From Eledone cirrhosa (taxonomy: Eukaryota): a DNA stretch of 64,000 bases. Below, in pieces: positions 1 through 10,099 of the stretch (position 1 is its first letter; each line of letters starts with the position of its first letter). Made by a program: the position numbers and the translations under genes. The DNA is taken from the NCBI GenBank assembly GCA_964016885.1, contig OZ024741.1:344472001-344536000 (forward strand). Reading direction: 5' to 3'. The notes under the pieces are model-generated. The model did not search any database. It was not told where the DNA came from and worked only from the letters and a program-made list of their open reading frames with translations.

Positions 1-362
1 TCTGGTCCACCTCATTTCTCCCCCACTTCTCTTTCTCTCTGTGATATTTGAATCTACTATGATTTGGGCTTACCTTATTCCTATATATATGTTTTTGCAT
101 GTCAGTTAGATTGAAACTTACAATGATTGGCACTATATATATATTTGAACAAAGGAAAAGAATGACTTCATTTGTAATTCCAAACAATTTGATTTAATTT
201 TGTAATATTATGATATTATGAGTTGGTAGATCTAGTAAGTTCTTTGTTAACTTCGGTGGGAAGATTTTTAAAGATTCCTGGTTAACTTTCCTGAAGAACT
301 TTCTCGCTTTCGTCGGTGGCGATTGTCATACCTGATCTCAGTATGACAATCGCCACCGACGA

Positions 363-462
<100 letters not shown>

Positions 463-1196
463 CTGCCTGGGAAACATTTGTAATTAGGTTAAGCAATAAA
501 TCTCATATGTAACACCTCTACTTTGTTCTTATTATATATATATATATACATATAAGAAAACAAGAAACAAAAAAACAAGAGGGTGCTTTAACATAAAGTC
601 GCATTAGTATCAAGCTTAACAGAAAGAGTGAGTTACACAGTCAGCGTGTCGTCATTTGCCGTTCATCAGGAAAAACAGCGTTCAGAGTGCAGAATACAAA
701 AGGAAAAAGGAAAATAAAATAAAGAATACTTTTTTTTTAAATAGAATTAGAAAGAAAATTAAAACGTGGGAGAGAGAAGTCACAGCGTGTTTAAGGGCAG
801 TGCCTTTCATAGGTTATAGATACCATACACTGGTGGTTTTTTCCCTGTATTATTGATAACGCACTATATATCTCTCTCTGGTGTGTTACCTTCTCAACAT
901 ATTATATTTTAAAGGGCTCAGGCTCTCTTCCCCTTTGAGCACATTATTTACAGGGAATAACGACGGCCTATGCCTCCGTTAATTTATCGTGATATTTCGC
1001 TCCTAATAACAGTCTTTCCTATCTCTGTTTGGTTGAGCACACTTCTCTGAGTGGCTTTGGGCTGCCCTTTCTAGCAGTTCGTCTCTCAGAGGCCACTGGT
1101 TCACTGCCCTTAAACACGCTGTAACTTCTCTCTCCCACGTGTAGCTGGACAGTCAATTGTAAAATTCTCTTAGTGTTGTCTGAAATGTATGGCCTT

Positions 1197-1277
1197 ACAC
1201 ACGCTGATGAACCGAGACTAGACCATTTCTTTCAACAAATTTTTTGGTGAAACATATCTTTGGATTTGTACGTGTGT
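1197..1277 (+). ncRNA. Type I hammerhead ribozyme, copy 1
   Basis: Helix I ACACACG/CGTGTGT; core CTGATGA; helix II ACCGAGA/TTTTGGT with G-U pairs; GAAA; helix III ACATATC-TTTG-GATTTGT; cleavage triplet GTA (1268-1270). Confidence 0.88.
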
Positions 1278-1737
1278 TATATAGTTATAAAGGTATTTAT
1301 TTACGCTTTAATTTATATTTTTAATTATCGTGTCTATAGTCTGCCTTTCATAGGTTATAGATTCCATACACTGGTGGTTTTTTCCCTGTATTATTGATAA
1401 CGCACTATATATCTCTCTCTGGTGTGTTACCTTCTCAACATATTATATTTTAAAGGGCTCAGGATCTCTTTCCCTTTGAGCACATTATTTACAGGGAATA
1501 TAGACGGCCTATGCCTCCGTTAATTTATCGTGATATTTCGCTCCTAATAACAGTCTTTCCTATCTCTGTTTGGTTGAGCACACTTCTCTGAGTGGCTTTG
1601 GGCTGCCCTTTCTAGCAGTTCGTCTCTCAGAGGCCACTGGTTCACTGCCCTTAAACACGCTGTAACTTCTCTCTCCCACGTGTAGCTGGACAGTCAATTG
1701 TAAAATTCTCTTAGTGTTGTCTGAAATGTATGGCCTT

Positions 1738-1818
1738 ACACACGCTGATGAACCGAGACTAGACCATTTCTTTCAACAAATTTTTTGGTGAAACATATCT
1801 TTGGATTTGTACGTGTGT
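1738..1818 (+). ncRNA. Type I hammerhead ribozyme, copy 2
   Basis: Same sequence as copy 1, offset by 541 bp. Confidence 0.88.
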
Positions 1819-2278
1819 TATATAGTTATAAAGGTATTTATTTACGCTTTAATTTATATTTTTAATTATCGTGTCTATAGTCTGCCTTTCATAGGTTATA
1901 GATTCCATACACTGGTGGTTTTTTCCCTGTATTATTGATAACGCACTATATATCTCTCTCTGGTGTGTTACCTTCTCAACATATTATATTTTAAAGGGCT
2001 CAGGCTCTCTTCCCCTTTGAGCACATTATTTACAGGGAATAACGACGGCCTATGCCTCCGTTAATTTATCGTGATATTTCGCTCCTAATAACAGTCTTTC
2101 CTGTCTCTGTTTGGTTGAGCACACTTCTCTGAGTGGCTTTGGGCTGCCCTTTCTAGCAGTTCGTCTCTCAGAGGCCACTGGTTCACTGCCCTTAAACACG
2201 CTGTGACTTCTCTCTCCCACGTGTAGCTGGACAGTCAATTGTAAAATTCTCTTAGTGTTGTCTGAAATGTATGGCCTT

Positions 2279-2359
2279 ACACACGCTGATGAACCGAGAC
2301 TAGACCATTTCTTTCAACAAATTTTTTGGTGAAACATATCTTTGGATTTGTACGTGTGT
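2279..2359 (+). ncRNA. Type I hammerhead ribozyme, copy 3
   Basis: Same sequence as copy 1, offset by 1082 bp. Confidence 0.88.
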
Positions 2360-2819
2360 TATATAGTTATAAAGGTATTTATTTACGCTTTAATTTATAT
2401 TTTTAATTATCGTGTCTATAGTCTGCCTTTCATAGGTTATAGATTCCATACACTGGTGGTTTTTTCCCTGTATTATTGATAACGCACTATATATCTCTCT
2501 CTGGTGTGTTACCTTCTCAACATATTATATTTTAAAGGGCTCAGGATCTCTTTCCCTTTGAGCACATTATTTACAGGGAATAACGACGGCCTATGCCTCC
2601 GTTAATTTATCGTGATATTTCGCTCCTAATAACAGTCTTTCCTATCTCTGTTTGGTTGAGCACACTTCTCTGAGTGGCTTTGGGCTGCCCTTTCTAGCAG
2701 TTCGTCTCTCAGAGGCCACTGGTTCACTGCCCTTAAACACGCTGTGACTTCTCTCTCCCACGTGTAGCTGGACAGTCAATTGTAAAATTCTCTTAGTGTT
2801 GTCTGAAATGTATGGCCTT

Positions 2820-2900
2820 ACACACGCTGATGAACCGAGACTAGACCATTTCTTTCAACAAATTTTTTGGTGAAACATATCTTTGGATTTGTACGTGTGT
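2820..2900 (+). ncRNA. Type I hammerhead ribozyme, copy 4
   Basis: Same sequence as copy 1, offset by 1623 bp. Confidence 0.88.
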
Positions 2901-3151
2901 TATATAGTTATAAAGGTATTTATTTACGCTTTAATTTATATTTTTAATTATCGTGTCTATAGTCTGCCTTTCATAGGTTATAGATTCCATACACTGGTGG
3001 TTTTTTCCCTGTATTATTGATAACGCACTATATATCTCTCTCTGGTGTGTTACCTTCTCAACATATTATATTTTAAAGGGCTCAGGATCTCTTCCCCTTT
3101 GAGCACATTATTTACAGGGAATAACGACGGCCTATGCCTCCGTTAATTTAT

Positions 3152-3187
<36 letters not shown>

Positions 3188-3189
<2 letters not shown>

Positions 3190-3306
3190 CGAATGAAGTG
3201 TGGTTAGGAACCAGGTGGACCTTGACGCACCAGAGTACTCAATACTTAGGGTAGTAGAGTGGGTAATAGGAAAATGTTCAAGACCCCGACGGCAGAGCTC
3301 AAGCCG

Positions 3307-3309
<3 letters not shown>
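3188..3309 (-). mobile_element. Short (TA)n-flanked repeat; probable Penelope-like 3' remnant with hammerhead helix III half
   Basis: Homologous to 60911-61035. Minus strand reads AACGGC-ttgagctct-GCCGTC-ggggtc. Confidence 0.55.
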
Positions 3310-3370
<61 letters not shown>

Positions 3371-3371
<1 letters not shown>

Positions 3372-4877
3372 AGCAAAATTCCTCACAAATTCTTAAAACT
3401 TCTTAAAACCAATAAACTAATCGATTTGCAATTTTCCAGGTTTCCAGATGAGACGTCTGGCCATACTGACACCAGATTTTGCAAGAATCAGTGAAATACC
3501 TATTGAGATATTTAGCTAGAAAGAAAACAGGCTGAAATCGTTTTGTGCCAGCCTCATCATATCTTCCCAACTGAGCAATGTTGAGCAGGCTAAGATAATC
3601 CAGGCCTTCAGTAATGATACCAACATTTATTCTCTGGCTTCCAAGTCCATTCAAGAACCATCAAGAGAATTGTGAATAATTTGAGAAAGTGGGAATAGCG
3701 GAGATAAAACTGGATCCGGGGGTCATAACCGCAAGAGGCATCATCATGTCAATCTGGAACTGAAAAGCTCCAACTCAATCCATAAGAGGCTTGGCACGTG
3801 ATGGGGGAGTTTCAGCTATGAGAGTTCAAAGAGCCGTGACAGAAGACTTGAAAATGAAATCGTACGTGAGACCTTGTTACTCCAGGACAAAAGGTTAGAA
3901 GGTCGGAGAGGCGAAGATCAACTTGAACAAAATGAAGCATAATCCTGGAGTGATCTTTTACACAGATGTGAAGAATTTCATCCAAGATACGCATACAAAC
4001 AGAGGAAACAGCTGCGTTCGTGTTTCAGATCCTCACGAGAGAGACAAAAATGTCATTTCCAGGGGCAAAACCCGGCCAAATTGATGATTTTCACCTGCGT
4101 GGCCTTTGATAGAAAGAAGATGCTATTGATCATGTTTGAGAAGGCTGAGAGTCTGACAGGAATTTATTATGTTCAGGATTTGAAAGAGGTAAAGACCTGG
4201 ATGTTTCCGAATATCTTGATGCAAGAGTCAAGGGAAACCCCAACAAGATCACTAAGGACTTCAAGTTTACATTCCATCAAGATGGAGTCCCTTGTCACAC
4301 AAGTGCAGTGGCTCAAATATTTCTCAGGGATGAGTTTGGGAACAGGTTTGGAGATAAAGACACATGGCCTCCTTCATCACCTGATTTGAATCCATTAGAC
4401 TTCAGCATCTGGAATGAACTGCTCAGAAGAGCTTGTGAGCAGCCCCAGAGTAACCTGCTAGCCCTCAAAATCTTCATCCATAGGACATGGGAGGAAAACA
4501 TTGATGAGAAATTCATTAAGAAAGCTTATGGTGCAGTCAGAAAGAGGGTTGAGAAACTCATTTCCAAAAAAGAAGCAACTCTTGATGCCTAACAGGTAGG
4601 ATCTTAGCCAGGATTGTGTTGGCCACTTTGGAATAAAACCATTCAAACTGTATTCTAATCCTGAGCTATGGTTAATTATTTATGAAAGTGTTATTTTCGT
4701 CCATGAACAACTTCATCACTAATTCTGCTGATGAGCTTAGGCAGTAATCAACTTTTTCTTGCTCAAGGTAGAGTCCAATGGTGTTAGAAAACCCCTGACA
4801 ATTCCATTAAGTTATCTTTAAGCATTCCTGAAATACAGAGATTCGAACTTGAATCTAAGATTTGGACAATTTTGCTG
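3371..4877 (+). mobile_element. Decayed Tc1/mariner-superfamily transposon, maT (DD37D)-like transposase pseudogene
   Basis: Motifs VIFYTDVKNF, FHQDGVPCHTS and WPPSSPDLNPLDFSIW across frameshifts. Possible short TIR cagcaaaatt/aattttgctg after TA; ends uncertain. Confidence 0.8.
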
Positions 4878-4921
4878 GTAGATTCGGTATATAATATATA
4901 TATATATACATAGCATTTATG

Positions 4922-4968
<47 letters not shown>

Positions 4969-5317
4969 CATTTTACTAGTTTTCTCACACACCATTATTT
5001 CTTTCTTTCTGTTTACAAATGAAAATGTGTAATTTCAATTGGCAGAAAAAGATTTAATATTTCAAGAATAATTAGCAGTTAACAGAAGTGTTAAAATGTT
5101 GGCTGAAATGTATTGTGATATGCATTCTAATTTCACAGCCTACCGAGGTCAACCTCACCATTCATCCCCTCAAGGTTGATAAATAAATTATCAGTCTAGG
5201 CTGAGAAATATGCATACCATTTTACTGAATTACATACACACACAGTGTGGGTATAGGAGATGGGTATATATATATATATATATGTGTGTATAGGGTATAT
5301 ATATATGTATATATATT

Positions 5318-7065
5318 TCAGTGCAGAAGTAAATGATAAAGTAGAAAATCAAACTTTCCAGTTGTGGTCTTCCTGTTTCTTCTACAACGGTACGCGATGG
5401 GGCCCACCCATGGCCCCGGCGGACAGAATGGAGAAGACGTTTCCCCGGAGGACGGCAAGGGAGACGCGCTGGAAAAGCCACTCCAACTCGCGGGGATCAC
5501 ACTTGCGGCTGGCCAGCTCAGAGCCTATGGTGGTGAGTAAGGAGGTAGCCCTAGGGCCGAAGACACCAGAAGTCTCCACTGCCAGGGGTATGACCGCAAA
5601 CCTGTCTGAGCGACCGGTATTTGAGGAGTTTGGCCCCCTCATCCCGACGTTCAGCAGAACCTGGGTCAGTCGCAGACTGCACCAGGTTGCGGCTGCAGAA
5701 AGTGTCGTTGCAAGTGGCATCCCAGATGAGGGGTTTGCCACCGCGGAACGGGAAGATGGTCATGCCATCTTGCCTTTTGCCGTCCCCTCGATCCAGGCGC
5801 ACCGGCTCGAGCTGGGAAGGGAAGCCTGCAGCGTCCAAGCCATGCTTAATGACCTCGTTGAGGGCAGCATGGCGTGGAATGTGGCCGGCACTGTGGTGTC
5901 AGGAAAGCGGGTGGAGGCCGAAAGAGTCCACGGTGGAACCGCAGCGATATTGGTGTGACTGGCAGATCCGAAGACCGAGCCTCTGGGAAACGTCGATGCG
6001 CAGGCTATGGTTGTCTCGCTGCGTGCCAGTGGAGAAGGAGGGCAGGGTATGGATCCATGGAAACACTGTAGGGTTTGGAGGCCGCACGAAAACAAGCAAG
6101 GCGGTGCTGGTCGAGCTGGCGCGTGAGCCTCTCTGAGGCCAGGCTGCACTGGATGGCATCACAAGTGCGTTGGGGGGACTTGACGTCAACAGGAGGAGAA
6201 GGAGGAGGGACGTCTACTGGGCTAAGTCCTAGCTGGTCCCACGTTTCACAGGCGGCCTCACGTTCTCTGAACACAGAGGGTTCTGTTGTGTTTTGAAGAA
6301 CCCTGCTGACGAGGACGCGGCATGAGGTTACCGACGAAAGATACGCCAGCAAAGCTAGTGAGATCGGGGACCGGAGGCCAAGGCCGCCATACCTGACAGG
6401 TAAAGTGGCCTGTTTCCACCCTATGTCGTCAAACTTGACGTTGCATATCTCCATATCTTGCATATGCTCGGTTACAAGTATCGAGGTCAGCGAGGACAGA
6501 TGTCTGGCTGTAGCACGGAGCGCTGGGGAGTGTATAGAGGAACTTTGGCATGGCGAAGCAGTTAGTCAGCAGAAAGAGAGCTGGGTGGCCATCAATCAAG
6601 CCTAGTCGGCTCGTGAGAGTCTGGAGCTGTTGAAGCCTGAACCTGATGCTGGAGCGGATGGCCGGCGGGTGGATCGGTGACCCGAGGATAAGGACATCCT
6701 CTTTGGGGGTCACCTGAACCTGGCGGAGAATGGACCGCAGGTCCAAGACGGAGGCTGCAAAGCTCGCAGCATCGAGGCTGACATTCACCACCTCCGACTT
6801 GGCCGAGTTGACCTGGAGGCCGATTCCCGTCAGGGCAGGAACCACCGATTGAAGGTCATGGCAGACCGTCCGTACGGGCCCGCCCAACGTAACATCATCC
6901 AGATACCAAACGTTGAGAGGGGCCGTGGTACTCCGGGCGATGTGGTCAATACCAAGGGCGAACAGGAGGGGTCCCAAAGGGTCGCCCTGTTGGACCCCAG
7001 TAGCCGAGGGTATGACCGTATCAGCAGCAAGGAGCATGCTCGGGGTTCCATACGACAGGTGAAAT
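5318..7065 (-). mobile_element. 5'-truncated CRE-type non-LTR retrotransposon (RT, zinc knuckle, restriction-like endonuclease), frameshifted
   Basis: GVQQGDPLGPLLF and WYLDD (RT); CQSHQYRCGSTVDSFGLHPLS (knuckle); KRQDGMT..LIWDATC, PLAVETSG and QRVSLAVLRGN (RLE and C-terminus). The 3' end abuts TA repeats. Confidence 0.85.
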
Positions 7066-7468
7066 TAAAGTGAACTAAATGCTACCATAAATATACACAT
7101 CTTGTCATCAATACCATCAACACAAAACCCCACTCCTACCCCCCATCAACATCACAACCTCATTCCCACCCGTAATTCGATTATCTCAAAATACCAAAAA
7201 AAAAAGAAACTTGCTTCTATATCTTTGTGATGTATTTGATACTTTGAACTTATATCAGTCTGTTGGAATCACGATGACAAAGTCGACACACAATGACTTA
7301 TTGATAGCGAGAAAATTTTAACATATACTAAGAAACCACAGTAAAAACCATGTGAAAATATTCTAGCAGCGAAATATGTATGAAAGTGTGAGGAGTACAT
7401 CAAAAGAACGTGGCTTCTGCAACTTTTCAATAGCAGTTGATGCTTGAAATCTTATTTACGAGTAAACA

Positions 7469-7601
<133 letters not shown>

Positions 7602-8089
7602 AGTGATATAAAAATTTGTAATTCTGTGGTAACTTTTTAGATATTTTTACATTTGAATGAAAATATATGCTTTTGCAGATAATTCCATTTAAAATTACAA
7701 CACGTTATTTATTTTTGAATGTGATAACACTGTGATATCAAACAAATATCATAATAAATCAGTTACGATCTTATATATAGCAAAAATGTCAGTTTCGGAT
7801 CTAAATAAAAAATCTTCATACATTACTGTTCAATGATGCGACGATAAACTAGGAAGAAAAAGAAAAAATGTTGTTTATTAAAATTTAAATGATGAAAAAA
7901 AGAAGATAACTGAGACTAACGAAAAAAATTTTTTTTTTACTTTAAACCAAGAGCAAAGCAATCTTCAGTCCCAGATGAAATTTCCTCGACATTTAGATTA
8001 TATATACATATATACATAGTTCGGATCTAGCTGTCGAAACGGCCGGAGCTCAGCCGTCGGGGTCCTGGATCTTTTCATATATATTTATG

Positions 8090-8586
8090 ATAGCTGCAAA
8101 CTCTGCTAAGAGTATTGCAATCGCTTGTCAGATTATAGAGATTGGTGCAGTTTTAGGCTACGGCCAGCCACACTAACCTGTAACATAACCTGAATAAGTA
8201 ATGCCTGTGCTTTGAAGGTCTTTTAAGTGGGGAAAGGCCTTGCACTCGGCCAATCTCACTCTCTGAGCATCGAAACCACTACCCAAAAAGGCGAACTTGT
8301 CAGCAGAATCGGATGCTTCCGAAGCCGCAGGTTTTTATTTTCAGAGTTTCCCTCCTAGAAGGGTGTTGTGACAACAACTGGGGGCCTTTCACTCCCAGGT
8401 GGGGAAAAAATACTATTTGGATGGCCGTTGACGCTGCTGATTCCTCCGCCCTTTGCTGGGTCTTGTGTTTCATCCCACAGGGTGTCAAAATATCACCCTC
8501 CTCACCAAGCAAGCTCGCCGACAACCCGACCATGAGACAAGTTGTACTGAGTTACATGTTACCAGTAGCACTCTAGAGCGACCTGA
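8090..8586 (-). mobile_element. Probable 5' UTR fragment of an RTE-type LINE
   Basis: Minus-strand motif ctaggagggaaactctgaaaataaaaacctg, matching a related copy at ~17520-17560. Recalled as typical of RTE leaders; no ORF support. Confidence 0.4.
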
Positions 8587-8611
8587 CATATATACATATA
8601 TATATATATAT

Positions 8612-10059
8612 ATTATAAAGCTGACGGCCGTATGTATGTAACAAACTTTTCGCCAAACGGGTGGACCAAAAAGCACCAAATTTGCACCATAGATGTAACT
8701 TTTTCCAAGTAAGAAAGTGAGGGTATTTTTGTCTTCAAAATTTCGTTAAAAGATTAAAGATATTTTATCGTTTATTTAAATATTCACTTCTTTAAAATTT
8801 TCAAATGCGAACACTTCCGGTTATACGACATTCCTCTCTCTTTCTTAGTCTGTCTTTTTAGATAGATACATAGCTATAACGTCGAGCCCTTATAATGTCT
8901 CTGTATATCTTGCTCGCTGCATTAGATACATAGCTATAACGTCCGACGCTCGTAATGTCTGTCTGTTTGGCTGCCTGTCTGCATTGACTTCGCTTCTAAC
9001 CAACTTTTAATTCATTCAGTGCAAAGATACCGCACGCCCTCTCAATAACTAATTACATATATATATATATAATTAGTAATAATAATAACTGTCAAGACTA
9101 AAATCCAAAGAGGGCTCGATAAGGATAAATATATATCAAATATATAAGAAACCTAGAGTAAATATTGTTCTCATTGCTGACATATTATCTTAGCGTTTTT
9201 CCGTTCATTGCCAAGGAACGTCTTCACGAACCAAAGTATCATCTTCCTGTTTTCCTTCGGTTGCAACGTTTTTCGAAATATTTACTTCTGCGTTCACAGA
9301 TTGATTTTTTTAGTTTCACAAGATCTCGTTAAGGGTGAAAGCAGCGATTCTTTGCTTAAACTTTAATCTGTTATTTTAATATATATATATATATATATTC
9401 GTGTACAGATATGTTTGCATTCACAAAAACAAACGTATTTATTTCACGAAAGCACAGACTGCTTATCGTCATTGTTATTGCCGATATGCCACCCAAAAAG
9501 TTCCAGCTTGGTCGCAAGAACAGATTTTCCAGAAGAAAAAATGTTACTAGAGCAACAGAGAGACTAAGCTTCGCGATTACCATCAACAAAGCTCAGGGTC
9601 AAACCCTAAAAGTGGCTGGCCTTCATCTGGGAAAACGATGCTTCTCCCATGGTCAATTGTATGTAGGATGCTCTAGGGTGAGCTCGCCAAACAATCTCTT
9701 CATCTTTGCTCCCGAGGGCCGAAAAAACAATATTGTATACTCTCAGGCTCTAACAATGTAATTTATGTATTTTCTGTTACTTGGAATTTCCATTATGGTT
9801 GTACAAATTATTGTAAAGTTTGTTAAAAAATGTGTTCTCTGTTCAACCTTTATTGTTGTAACTATCAATGTTCTTTAACGTACTGGCTGCTGAACTGGGG
9901 AATCCTAAAAACTATTCAAACCCAACACCAGAGCACGTTAACCCCACCCCACTCCCACCAACCCCACCCCCGCTGACTTGAGAGGGCGTGCTGTATCTTT
10001 GCACTGAAAAGATAAAATGCCGGTATACCTAGCCGAGCGCCAGCCGGACAGGCCAGCTA

Positions 10060-10060
<1 letters not shown>
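8612..10060 (+). mobile_element. Non-autonomous Helitron with C-terminal Pif1-like helicase fragment
   Basis: RLSFAITINKAQGQTL..FSHGQLYVGCSRV at ~9560-9761; GC-rich subterminal stretch then CTAG|T at 10057-10061. The 5' end is approximate. Confidence 0.75.
9070..9382 (+). mobile_element. (TA)n-flanked element with decayed hammerhead, inserted in the Helitron
   Basis: Same family as 18515-19010. Reads agttt-CACAAGA-tctcgttaagggt-GAAAGCA..TGCTT-aaact at 9312-9362. Confidence 0.55.

Positions 10061-10098
<38 letters not shown>

Positions 10099-10099
<1 letters not shown>

Larger units (their letters stand above)
801..3158 (+). repeat. Tandem array of 541-bp units (~4.4 copies), each full unit with a hammerhead ribozyme; retrozyme-like or Penelope pseudo-LTR-like
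   Basis: CTGATGA recurs at 1204, 1745, 2286 and 2827 (exact 541-bp period). Units differ at only a few positions. The array ends in (TA)n. Confidence 0.95.

Noticed and set aside
1040-1100. Possible antisense hammerhead in the unit (CTGAGAGA...GAAA)
   Set aside because: The core is non-canonical and helix II does not pair.
801-3158. Array as CRISPR, rDNA/5S or a coding repeat
   Set aside because: No spacers and no rRNA motifs; the 62-aa ORF at 2050-2238 exists in only one unit.
4725-4775. CTGATGA motif
   Set aside because: No GAAA or helix III follows.
5260-6296. Plus-strand ORFs of 232, 171 and 73 aa
   Set aside because: Antisense shadows of the GC-rich retrotransposon.
9411-9761. Host PIF1 helicase gene
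   Set aside because: Only a C-terminal fragment, lying upstream of a Helitron 3' terminus.
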